A DNA stretch of 64,000 nucleotides from Tubiluchus corallicola (lineage: Eukaryota; Animalia; Priapulida): the NCBI GenBank assembly GCA_030141605.1, contig JAQGDQ010001078.1, positions 1-64,000 of the forward strand, read 5' to 3'. The notes below the pieces were generated by a model, which did no database searches, had not been told where the DNA came from, and saw only the letters and a list, made by a program, of their open reading frames with translations. How positions within the stretch are numbered: position 1 is the stretch's first letter; each line of letters opens with the position of its first letter. Of the stretch, positions 50,501 through 62,210 are shown piece by piece. The translations under genes were made by a program, and so were the position numbers.

Positions 50501-53500
50501 GGGGGCGACTATAATGGCGGATTTTAACTGTTTAAATTTGAATTTGAATTTTTTTAAAATTTAATTTTGAAAAAAAATAAACAGTATTTTGCGTGCAAGA
50601 AAAACGATTTATTTAACATGGCATTTAACTAAAAGCTATAGCAACGGAACCTTAATTAAAACTAAAAAGTAAATTAAAATTTAATTAAGTATTTATCAGC
50701 TGTCAGGAATCCGACGCAGAACATCACTCCACAAGTATAGGGAGAATGTCGTGTCGTCTCTGCCGATCAGAGTCGCCCAACTCCAAGAGCCTCTTGCTCT
50801 CTGCATCTAATACTGCGTCAAAAATGCTTGCCAAGACTGCATGCAGGCTTGATGCTCCGCAGATTTTAGAGTGTTTATCGAAGCCTTTATTACTTTCCAA
50901 CGCTCGATGCCAATTTCTGAATCCTGTCTTTTGAAACGTCACGTCGTAAGTCGATGCGCCAAGCACACGACACGGGAAACAGAATGCAGCATCAATATCC
51001 TTTACGTATTCCAACCAGGACCTATCGTTGAACCACTGACCCTGAAATGATCTCGATTTTCCTCCAATTTTGGTCTTTGGGTATGCATCCACTACGTCCC
51101 GCAATGGCCCGCGACGGATGTACTCATCCTTTTGGATTCGTTCTGTTGGAATCGACGTTACAGTAGATACAGACGCCGTAGAACCTGGGTCGGGAACACT
51201 GTTGGACTTGGAAAATGAAGTTGGACTGCCTTGACATATTTTAAGAAATATAGCTAAAATGGCAGCGAAAACTAGCAAAGATTTTCCTAGCAGCAGAAAA
51301 ATGATGAAATGTGCTCAAAATCACGCCATTTTATGCAGCAAACTCGTGGGAAAGAGTCACTAAGGAGTAGCAAAGAGTCGTTAATGTCCAATCAGGAGGT
51401 GGCTGAGCCGTGGCTCATCAATTGGTATCTCCCAAACCCACTCTCTGGTACTAGGCTAGCTCAACATGACTTCAATGTTTGCATTGTTTTTGCTCTATTA
51501 TTTCACTTATTCTCTATTATAACACACTGCTGAATGAAGCTCGAGTGCTAACTGAGCCGTTTTGTTAACTAACAGTCTTTTGTGCAAAGACGCTAGTGCT
51601 ACTCAACGAGCTGTTAACTGTTCCTGCCTGCCTCCTGAATAAGTTATATGCAAGCAAATTAACTACATCCTGGCTTTCAGGTAAACACATACTCATGCTC
51701 ATGCTGTTCACATTTATGGAGCGCTGGCCACGTGTCAAAAAGTTGGAAATATATTTGCTTACCAGTCTCATTACGAGCCGCTGACGCACTTCAAATTTTT
51801 GACATTTTCTAAAACAAATTGGGGGGGGGGGGGGTCACTATTAGGGTCGCCAAAAGAATTGCTGGGGTCCAGGGCAAAAGGAAACTTGGACTCCTCGTCC
51901 AATTCTCCAAATAATGATACTCCGCAATTGCAGAGAAGTAGGTAAGGTGATACAAACTTAGAATTTCAGTATTTTTCTAACATTTTAAAGACGATTTGAT
52001 AATAGAATATATAAGACCAATACATTTAGTGTTTGTTTTTATAAAAAACAAAAAAAATGATATTTGACAGAATTTTTGGTGCATTCTACTTTGAAGCAGG
52101 AACTTATGGTGAGTTTTGGTTTGCAAGCTTCACATGTTATCTTGTTTGCATTGGTCAAGGTACGCCGTCGTTTTTTCCTCGTTTGGTTTGTGGGCCCCAG
52201 CTCAACTCATGGACACCGGGCGCCGCCCCGGCTAACCACCTTTTTAGTGGGTCTGGTCACTATAATGCCTCATTTACACCTATCTAGTCAGGGTTGTCCA
52301 CTGGTAGGGAAAGTCCACGGGCCTTCACAGAGTGTTGAAAAACAATTAAATTAACTTAGGGGTACCTATACTGTTGATGACACAAAAAACATCTAAACAC
52401 TTTATAATCTGTAAATGATACTAAAGTATATTAGCAATGCAGCTTCTAATTTGAGTCAAGCAAGGAACAAATAAAACGGGTGGGCAAGTTTTTGCATTTT
52501 TAAACGTTTAGCATGTTTTACAGTGTAATATTTATTAAAACAAATGTTTATTAGCATTTTCGGCTAATTTTGATTAAGTTTTCCAGCCACCAAAATCAAT
52601 TTAATAAGGAATTTAAATTATTTTCACACAATTGACGCACATTACATTCAGGCTAATAAACTATTTACAGTCTGTACTGTTTAGCAAACTGGCTCAATTT
52701 TTTCTTCTGGGTGGCTGAGTTACATTATTTACATCAGGTTTGTCTTTTTAAAAACAGTTACAGACAAGTGGGTAGTTGTATCATCGGTAAGAATACCCAA
52801 AAATATTCCCAGAAAGCCCTGGTTATTTCGCTGGCTTTGAGACAACTTTAGGAATACGAATTGGATTATTTATCAAATCATTCGACAAGAGCAAAATCTA
52901 AGCGGCGTTTTGATTGTTGCCTGTTCGCTATGATGTCACTGATTTACGATCATAACCTATATGTACCTCTCATTTTTACAGTAATCAAAAATAAACTGTA
53001 ATTTTTCATCCAAGATATACAACTTATAATGCCGAAGATGGCAGATACACGTATTCTTATCCTAGAGGAAGTTTCCAAAAGTCTCTGAAGAAACTGATGC
53101 CGTTTAATCAGTGAATCAAGGAGTGCATTGCTTTGTGAATTTCATTGTGATGGACTTCCTGTAATATTAGGTGTGATGGACTTCCTATAATATTAGGTGT
53201 GATGGACTTCCTGTAATATTAGGTGTGATGGACTTCCTATAATATTAGGTGTGATGCACTTCCTGTAATATTAGGTGTGATGCACTTCCTGCAATATTAG
53301 GTGTGATGCACTTCCTGTAATATTAGGTGTGATGGACTTCCTGTAATATTAGGTGTGATGGACTTCCTGTAATATTAGGTGTGATGCACTTCCTGTAATA
53401 TTAGGTGTGATGGACTTCCTGTAATATTAGGTGTGATGGACTTCCTATAATATTAGGTGTGATGGACTTCCTGTAATATTAGGTGTGATGGACTTCCTAT

Positions 53501-56500
53501 AATATTAGGTGTGATGGACTTCCTATAATATTAGGTGTGATGGACTTCCTATAATATTAGGTGTGATGGACTTCCTGTAATATTAGGTGTGATGGACTTC
53601 CTGTAATATTAGGTGTGATGGACTTCCTGTAATATTAGGTGTGATGGACTTCCTATAATATTAGGTGTGATGGACTTCCTGTAATATTAGGTGTGATGGA
53701 CTTTCTGTAATATTAGGTGTGATGGACTTCCTGTAATATTAGGTGTGATGGACTTCCTGTAATATTAGGTGCGATTGACTTCCTGTAATATTAGGTGTGA
53801 TGGACTTCCTGTAATATTAGGTCTGATGGACTTCCTGTAATATTAGGTGTGATGGACTTCCTGTAATATTAGGTGTGATGGACTTCCTGTAATATTAAGT
53901 GTGATGGTTTTCCTGTAATATTAGGTGTGACGGACTTCCTGTAATATTAGGTGTGATGGACTTCCTGTAATATTAGGTGTGATGGACTTCCTGTAATATT
54001 AGGTGTGATGGACTTCCTGTAATATTAAGTGTGATGGACTTCCTGTAATATTAGGTGTGATGCACTTCCTGTAATATTAGGTGTGATGCACTTCCTATAA
54101 TATTAGGTGTGATGGACTTCCTGTAATATTAAGTGTGATGGACTTCCTGTAATATTAAGTGTGATGGACTTCCTGTAATATTAGGTGTGATGGACTTCCT
54201 GTAATATTAGGTGTGATGGACTTCCTGTAATATTAGGTGTGATGGACTTCCTGTAATATTAGGTGCGATGGACTTCCTGTAATATTAGGTGTGATGGACT
54301 TCCTGTAATATTAGGTGTGATGGACTTCCTGTAATATTAGGTGTGATGGACTTCCTGTAATATTAGGTGTGATGGATTTCCTGTAATATTAAGTGTGATG
54401 GACTTCCTGTAATATTAGGTGTGATGGACTTCCTGTAATATTAGGTGTGATGGACTTCCTGTAATATTAGGTGTGATGGACTTCCTGTAATATTAGGTGT
54501 GATGGACTTCCTGTAATATTAAGTGTGATGGACTTCCTGTAATATTAGGTGTGATGCACTTCCTGTAATATTAGGTGTGATGGACTTCCTGTAATATTAG
54601 GTGAAGCATTAAGTCATAAAGCGACACTTGCCTGCTTTAGGTTAGACACATCCATCAAATACAACGATTCTCTGACGAGATTTCGCTCTGTAAACTTATT
54701 AAGATTAAAACATATGCAACTTATGTTTCTGATTATTACTGATTTTTCTGGTTATTTTTCTGGCATACCTGTGAATTTGGTGTGAAATGAATCTTCCACA
54801 TTCTCCTGTTTTTCTATTTCTTTGCCTGCATGTTCAAAAACATTCAAATATTGCTCAAAACTTGTATTCCCATGACCTGAATCTGTTCAAATAAAAAGAG
54901 AGTAAAGTTTCAAGTAAGACAGGATTATTTTTCATATACTACCCCATTTTCAAATCCGATAAAAAGTATACGTTTTAACAAAAGTAATACTGCAAAAGTG
55001 TTTCTGATAATAAAATAATTGATTAGAAACTTAATTAACGGCGTGCCTAACTATTGATGACATCACAAACTAACATAATTTCCAACAGTAAAAATATTCC
55101 ACGTGAGCTTGTTGCACGTGTTCGCGAAAACCAAAATTGAAGTACAGTGCTACTGTGAGATATTCAGAGTGTTGTACTAAAACTAGGCAAGTTTTCAGAT
55201 TAAGATTTAAATTTCATGACCTGTCAAACGTGTGTAGTTCGTCGTAAACTAACACATCTGAACTGAGAGGTGCATCACCTGTTTTTTGTGCAATGCGTTT
55301 CCGAAATGCAGGCGCTAGTACCCGTCTAACGCAGACGCCATGCCCGGTGTTTAACAGGCTTTTCTTGACAAAGATCACCAACAATTCAGGTCAAAAATAA
55401 TCAAAGTTAATCTGAAACTAAATCTCGTTACGGAAAAGCAGCACTCAACAGGTCGAAATTTATCAACCATCCAAAATGTTGAAAGGAAAACGATTACCTT
55501 ATTAAGAGTAATTTACACTACAGAATTGTTATTTCTCAAGTCTAAATTCTTATAGTTACCAAAGTGCAACTCGCTTATAAAATGTTCTGCTGGAAAACTG
55601 TATACAGCAGTGACGTCATTGTCAGTTCAGTCCTGCCGGCTGTTAGTTAAACTGAAGTACGGAATAGATCAAATTTAATGATCGGAAGGATTTAGATACT
55701 GTGTACAGTAATCATGTATATTTTACACCACAAATCAAAATGAGGTATGGTCTAGAAAGTACTTTTTGTTAATAATATTACTAAAGTGATAAAACTGAAC
55801 TTATTTGGTTTGCAGTTCGAACAGATGTTGAGCAGATGCTGATAGAAATAACTATTCTAATATGAATTCTGAACTAAAACACGACGCACCATTTAGAACT
55901 ACTATTTGATACCACTATGGCCGCAGTCCATAGACCAGTGAGTAACAAACATTGCAGAAGGTAGTTAAGCAAGCCAAATTAAGGTAAATTAACATTTGCA
56001 CAATTTTCTCACAATGTGAACTTAGCGACCTAAATTAGGCAACACGGACACTAGGAAGTTTTTGAATGATGGCAGGGCATTTATTGTTTGTGGATGACTT
56101 CTTCTGTGATGCTGCCTCCAGCTACATCGCTGGTGCAGGTGTATACACGTGAACGTAGCTAAAACCTCTAGTGTTACAGAATTCATCTTAGAGGACTATC
56201 AGGTGTACACACGTGAACGTAGCTAAAACCTCTAGTGTTACAGAATTCATCTTAGAGGACTATCCTTGACAACTAGCTACCTACTGGTCGTGTCACAAAC
56301 ACCAGTGTAACGAGTAAGCCTATTAATACTAAAAGTGGATCTACAGATTGCCAAGCCGTATAAAAACTACACACACTACACGCGTAGTCTTGCCAGTTCT
56401 CATAATGTGGCTATGATTACCAGTGATGTGTCTTGTCTATGTACTGTTAATCTATAGGTCTACTATAAAGAGAAACACTTTTACCTGCAAAATAATTAAA

Positions 56501-59500
56501 GATTCTTCGTGAAAATTTACGTTCAGGTAGAAATCCTAACTTCTTTTTCGCCATAAGCTCGTGTTCTATAAGAAAACATCATCAACATTTAAAAAGAACT
56601 GCAAATGCTATTGCTCGAACGTAATATCCATTTCCATTTCTTCGTGCAGAAACAACCTTTTGTCAACTATTGCTTGTCGTGAGGTTGTCAGGAATACACT
56701 GCACATACACTGCGCATGTAAAATACACAGACAAACAATAAGCGTGGACATTGCTTGCATATGATGCGCTAGGGTCAGTTCTTTTCTGTTAGAACATCAT
56801 TTATCTTTGCCATGACATTCTTTTTATCATGAAGTTTTAAAATACAGAGTAACTTTATTTTCAGTTCACAATATAAAAACTGTCTAAACACTCATTACGC
56901 AAACGAGACCGACACCACGCGTTAAATAGTTACTATGCAAGCGAGTATCACAAAAACAAGGGAAAAATCACACTTTGCAGAATGTAACAACATTAACTAT
57001 TTATATCGTTTCTCATAATCAAAATAATTACAATACATTAATACGTTTTCTAAGTCTGATCCTCTCCCACCAGTGAACTTCTTTCTCTAGACCACTTTTT
57101 ATGAAATCCGGATGTCTTGCCAATATCAGGTAAATCGAAGTTGTTCCTGATTTCTGAGCACCGATTAGGTAAACATACGGCAGACATCTCAAAAATTTCA
57201 TGTTTTCTGAAACGAAAAATGAGCAGTACTATGTCATTTCCAATTTAGATTATGCTGGTTGGATTTACTATTAAGGTGCAACTAATATTTATTTTTTATT
57301 CAACCCAGATCAAAATTTTGAAACATTATAATTGCATTTATATATAAATTACATACTGATGTTTTCACCCGCACCCCTGGTCTGTCCTGGTTTTGTCCAT
57401 TACGAAGCCTGTACCTACTATCACCTACAAGTAGTCTAATATGCAGAACTTCCGCGGCAGCAGCACGGGCAGGTGTGCTTACGATCTCAGCACCTGTTCC
57501 GTAAACCAATGTGAAAGATGCAGAACAAAAGTGCTGGCAGGTTTATTTTAATTTCTTCTTCAATTCTGTGGCATCACTGCACGGTTTTGGGACAAACTTT
57601 ACGACATAGTGTAACAACGCGAATTTCAACCCAATCCTACTTGACTGCCGTCAGTTAACTGGTGTCAGAAGTGGGATGAATTTGATAAAGCTTGGCAATC
57701 AACGTTAGCAGCTACATCAAAAAATTAACAGCAATAACAAGACGATTCTGTAACTGTTAACGGCTAATTTATACTGAAGCCAAGTTTTCAGTGCAAGTCT
57801 ACCCATACGTGAAAAAGATCTACATGGCTTCCTCCTAATCGTTCTGATGTTACAAATCTACTTTCCACTAAACAGTTTGAAATTTTCTGAACATGTGATC
57901 CACATCAAATAGTACGCATTAAAAGAAATAAACGGCAATATTTTCCTCAAACTTTTCTTTGCGTAATATCTCACTCAACTTTAAAACGATTTATTACATT
58001 TTCTGCAAATTTTATTTATTTTTTTTATGAAATGACTGACTTAGCAAAAAATTTCTGCGAAATGGCAATTCTAGGAAAAATCTGTTCTGTGAAGATTTTT
58101 TATTCGGAAGCAGATTTTTCTGACAAAAAACTTTTCTGTGAATATTTTCCGATAAAAATTTCTATGACCAAAAGACTTTTCTAAGATAAGGCTCTTCTGG
58201 GAAACGAGTTTAACCCACTGAATATTATTGGACCAAGAGAGGTGTTCGTCTGCAGTAAAGTTTAAGAAAGAAAATGATGATGATTCTACGATCTCGATTA
58301 CATTCGCGCTACGTTTAAAGTTCAAAGTGAAATGTTTATGCCACGCTGACTGCTACTGAAGTTTTAGTTTTCAACATTCAGCCAAATTTGTTACATCTGA
58401 GCCATTCATTTGGGATCTTTAATTCATTATTAAATCCAACAGAATGATATATTACTTAGCACCAAGGGGTTAGGGTTAGGGTATAAATTACAACCATTTA
58501 AGCAATGCGTGAACAAACATGAACTGATAAGTTTAACAGTCAATTGTGAAAACACGACGTGATATTTTTGCAGTCTTTGCATCTTTACAGAAACATGTTG
58601 CTCATTGTAGTATCTAGGCCCGCTCCCACTCCCACTCCTGCTCACCCTCCCACTCCCGCTTCCACCCCCGCTCCCACTCCCACTCCCACTCCCGCTCCCA
58701 CTCCCAGACGTTTTAGAGTTCCACTATTTCTGTTTGTCTGTTTAACTTACCTTCATTTGAAACGTAAAAACACGGATTTTTGTAGTTGTCTAAGTAGCGA
58801 ATTCCTGCCTGTAGAAAAAAGGCTGATTTAAACCAATTATTAAAATTGAAAAAGCTAAAACAAATTATTTGTCAAAACAAAATACAAACGCCAAGTAAGG
58901 AAGATTAGACAGTTTTAAGACTCTGTATAGGTTCATTGGTGTTCACGTGTGTTATAGGTTCATTGGTGTTCACGTGTGGTATAGGTTTATTAGTGTTCAC
59001 GTGTGTTATAGGTTCATTGGTGTTCACGTGTGTTATAGGTTTATTAGTGTTCACGTGTGTTATAGGTTTATTAGTGTTCACGTGTGTTATAGGTTTATTA
59101 GTGTTCACGTGTGTTATAGGTTTATTAGTGTTCACGTGTGTTATAGGTTTATTAGTGTTCACGTGTGTTATAGGTTTATTAGTGTTCACGTGTGTTATAG
59201 GTTTATTAGTGTTCACGTGTGTTATAGGTTTATTAGTGTTCACGTGTGTTATAGGTTTATTAGTGTTCACGTGTGTTATAGGTTTATTAGTGTTCACGTG
59301 TGTTATAGGTTTATTAGTGTTCACGTGTGTTATAGGTTTATTAGTGTTCACGTGTGTTATAGGTTTATTAGTGTTCACGTGTGTTATAGGTTTATTAGTG
59401 TTCACGTGTGTTATAGGTTTATTAGTGTTCACGTGTGTTATAGGTTTATTAGTGTTCACGTGTGTTATAGGTTTATTATTCACGTGTGTAAATGATAGCG

Positions 59501-59988
59501 GCATAAATGTTCTCTTTAAATACAGCGATGTAATACCAAAAAATGGTAGGCTCCATCCTAGGTTTGATTTTAGAATTTTTTAGTTAAATTTACTTTAAGA
59601 CAGCAACAAGAACAAATGACTTTTGGTCGTAAAAATTTGGAAATATGCATGATCATTGATAAAGAAGTTATTAAAGTAAATATTAGAAACTGCATTGTTG
59701 ACAAAGAGTGCTAATATTTGTATCACTTACATTAGAGCATCTTAGTGCTCTGTTCATAGTATCTGGAATTAGCTGCCTTGATATAGAATTAAGTTCAGAT
59801 TGCGTCAAGATGCTTTTGTTTCCAAGATGTCCCGATTCTCTGCAGCCTTCACGAGTTGATACGTGGACATTTTCACGAGTTGATACGTGCACATCGAAGA
59901 ACAACGCACGTGTAATAATACTCAAGATGCAAAACGCAGCGAAGATTATGAAAACAAAAGAGGATATTCTATGCGAATACTGAAGCAT
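44579..59988 (-). CDS. Carbohydrate sulfotransferase 15-like (GalNAc4S-6ST family) type II Golgi membrane protein, 8 exons, about 407 aa
   Basis: Exons (minus): 59988-59731, 58808-58751, 57206-57045, 54882-54769, 50267-50108, 48318-48150, 46199-46046, 44727-44579. All introns are GT-AG, phases agree, and the 1224 nt are open. N-terminal TM, YKNPCF, LRCLPYVYLIGAQKSGTT (5'-PSB), KEVHWW, FRNPTDRLISWY (3'-PB), FPRDQILILRFED, LLDNFYSSFNKDLAELLGDEMWLWK*. Confidence 0.9.
44944..45330 (+). mobile_element. PIF/Harbinger-like MITE (family D)
   Basis: TIRs aagcctttacacagttcc and gaaactgtgaaaaggctt in a TAA/TTA context. Confidence 0.7.
45352..45620 (-). mobile_element. Tc1/mariner-superfamily transposase C-terminal relic
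   Basis: GSGNSLDFNTNE (compare WPxNSPDLNxxE), then after a TA-run frameshift VKGRVGAKM...SKETLMRHLQDVLEDLDFGSDLF...VRDARG. Confidence 0.5.
46835..47139 (+). mobile_element. Probable solo LTR
   Basis: TGT...ACA termini, tataaaa at about 46984 and aataaa at about 47124. Flanks atat/gtat are an imperfect 4-bp TSD. Confidence 0.55.
47151..47876 (+). mobile_element. Non-autonomous hAT element with 8-bp TSD
   Basis: TIRs cagtggcgccgtgca and tgcacaacgcccctg. TSD ttaatgtg / ttaatctg. Shares both subterminal blocks with 50469-51835. Confidence 0.8.
48950..49600 (-). mobile_element. LINE ORF2 C-terminal fragment (RTE-X-like zinc knuckle)
   Basis: FTKLRISSHSLAIETGRH...NERYCTQC...IEDKTHLLLHCSRYEQLRN. 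Confidence 0.75.
49610..49785 (+). mobile_element. CR1-type LINE reverse-transcriptase thumb fragment
   Basis: TEVILFSRK...VLKHLGIHLTSDLNWNYHV. Confidence 0.7.
50469..51835 (-). mobile_element. Internally deleted hAT transposon with a TTF-type zinc finger (ZMYM1-like transposase N-terminus)
   Basis: ORF 51278-50724: YIRRGP...RSFQGQWFNDRSWLEY..DAAFCFPCR...FQKTGFRNW...FDKH. TIR caggggcgtcgtgcacc at 50469. The catalytic domain is absent. Confidence 0.85.
53146..54604. repeat. 26-bp minisatellite, about 56 copies, intronic
   Basis: Unit gtgtgatggacttcctgtaatattag. Confidence 0.97.
55000..55330 (+). mobile_element. Family B MITE fragment
   Basis: Matches about 19190-19525 (aaaattgaagtacag...tactaaaactagg...ctgaactgagaggt). 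Confidence 0.75.
56136..56264. repeat. 64-bp direct duplication
   Basis: caggtgtaYacacgtgaacgtagctaaaacctctagtgttacagaattcatcttagaggactat occurs twice. Confidence 0.9.
57660..57677 (+). mobile_element. LTR-retrotransposon primer-binding site (tRNA-Leu type)
   Basis: TGGTGTCAGAAGTGGGAT is complementary to a tRNA-Leu 3' end including CCA, a common Gypsy PBS. Confidence 0.55.
58926..59489. repeat. 27-bp minisatellite, about 21 copies, in intron 1 of the sulfotransferase
   Basis: Unit ataggtttattagtgttcacgtgtgtt. Confidence 0.97.
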
Positions 59989-61230
59989 CGCTATTCATAT
60001 GATTTCACAGTTTCAAACACACAGATTTGCTTTATTTTTGATAAACTCCGAAAGCCCGAAGGAAACACAGTAATGTGGAGAATAATTGCAGGATTATTCC
60101 ACGAACACAACATTAACAGGTACATTGATTATTCTGATGATCGAACACGTTCTATCAATCTCAGTCACAATGTTAGTCTAGTCTTAGTCTTAGTCTTAGT
60201 CTCTGATTGTACTTAGCAATTCTGTTTCGTTTTTATTCACTGATATTATAGCTGTAAACACTAAAGTGTGCAGTAATTTAAATCTACAGAGCGTAGAGAT
60301 TTTTCCTGTTGTGCCACTTAACCTTATTTTAACTGAGGTCTACGTTATTGTCGTTAATGACCGTTCATTAGGTAAAGCCGCAGTCTTTTTTCTTAGGCAA
60401 ATGTCTGTTTAGGTCAAGAGAGCTAGTATGTCGTCTAAAAACTGTCGCCTGTTCAGTTTTCATTTATCTCAAAATATGTCGAAATATTAGCATTGATTGA
60501 TAAACCAAAGCATGAAACTAATGTAAAAATGTTGGGAAAACAAAAGAGGATATTCTATGCGAATACTGAAGCATCGCTATTCATATGATTTCACAGTTTC
60601 AAACACACAGATTTGCTTTATTTTTGATAAACTCCGAAAGCCCGAAGGAAACACAGTAATGTGGAGAATAATTGCAGGATTATTCCACGAACACAACATC
60701 ATTGATTTAGCTCCTGTGAATAGATTCCTGCAATCAGTATTAACAGGTACATTGATTTATTCTAAAATAGATGAAAAGCAAGTGTTCTTAGCAAGACACA
60801 CACGTTCTATCAATCTCAGTCACAATGTTAGTCTTAGTCTTAGTCTTAGTCTTAGTCTCATGATTGTACTTAGCACATTCTGTTTCGTTTTTATTCACTG
60901 ATATTATAGCTGTAAACACTAAAGTGTGCAGTAATTTAAATCTACAGAGCGTAGAGAATTTTTCCTGCTTGACTGCCACTTAACCTTATTTTAACTGAGG
61001 TCTACGTTATTGTCGTTAATGACCGCTTCATTAGGTCAAAGTCCGCAGTCTTTTTTCTTAAGGCAGAATGTCTGTTTAGGTCAAGATAGAGCTTACGTAT
61101 GTCGTCTAAAAACTGTCGCCTGTTCAGTTTTCAATTTATCTCAAAATATGTCGAAATATTAGCATTGATTGATACCCAACATTGAACTCAAAAACAAGCA
61201 TTGATTGAAACTAAATGTAAAAAGTGTTGG
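59950..61230. repeat. Tandem duplication of the sulfotransferase start codon and upstream region
   Basis: Copy 1 is 59950-60535 and copy 2 is 60536-61230. Both begin gaaaacaaaagaggatattctatgcgaatac and differ by indels. Confidence 0.9.
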
Positions 61231-61499
61231 CAGAATTTAATCACTATGTGCTACCTTCTTATAAAAAAATCTCCAACAACATCGTTGTGTAGCTGGTATC
61301 GTTTAATTTGAAAACAAATAAGATAATTTTATATAATTTTGCTCAATTTTACAGCGAAATCTAAACCAAATTGATTTTAACAAAGTTTTACGCAAATTAT
61401 AAAATCTAATCTCTAGTCTTTTTAATAACCAAAGGTACAAAATTTAAGAAGTTAATAAATGAACATAACCTGGTGATCCTATAAGTGTAATTATGAAAT

Positions 61500-62210
61500 T
61501 ATAACAACGAATCAATGAATGACGCTAAACAATCTGTTACTGCAGTGTGTGAATGCCTGAGTTACTCCAATCTACAGTATGTGTACATGTAAAAGACCGG
61601 TCACATGACCTGTTTAAAAGGAAACCAATTTCTAACAGAAAGAGTGGGCTATACAAGTTTGCATCAGCACACCGCCCCCTTAAATGCTTCCTCCATTATC
61701 CCCTTTAATTAACATTTTAAGTAATGTGACAATTACTAACAAAACTAATTATCATATATAATTTCTGTCAGGCAGAGCTTGAAGATGGGTCTTCGTAGAA
61801 GTCCTTGGTCTTGAGGGTGACACTTCTGACTAATCCATCATTGCTAAAATGTCTTTCAATCATGCGCCCTAGCAGCCAGCAATTTCTGGGAGCATTGTCC
61901 ATGATGAGAACGACATCTCCATCTTGGATGTTCCTTCTCTCTTTGTTCCATTTAGAGCGGTACTGTAACATTGGCAAATACTCAGTTCGCCATCGATGCC
62001 GGAAGACATTTGCTAAATGCTGAATCTGCCGCCACTTCTTTCTGTAGATGTCTGCCGAAACAAATTTGCCAGGTGGTAGGCTGGTTTCACAATGAATCTG
62101 CAAAAGGTGATTTGGCGTCAAAGGGTTAAAGTCTGCAGGATCATCATAAAGTGTCGTTAGAGGCCTGCTATTGATTATGTTTTCCACTATACAAAATAGT
62201 GTGTGTAGAG
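61500..62210 (-). mobile_element. BEL/Pao LTR retrotransposon 3' part (integrase C-terminus/DUF5641, PPT, start of 3' LTR)
   Basis: VENIINSRPLT...PLTPNHLL...WRQIQHLANVF..RWRTEYL..LQ.RSKW....RNI..GDVVLI....PRN.W.LGR....DGLVRSV. PPT aagggggcgg is followed by TGT at 61671. The far LTR end is approximate. Confidence 0.9.

Noticed and set aside
53050-54680. Possible coding parent for the 26-bp array
   Set aside because: Joining the flanks across one unit gave no recognisable protein in the frames I read.
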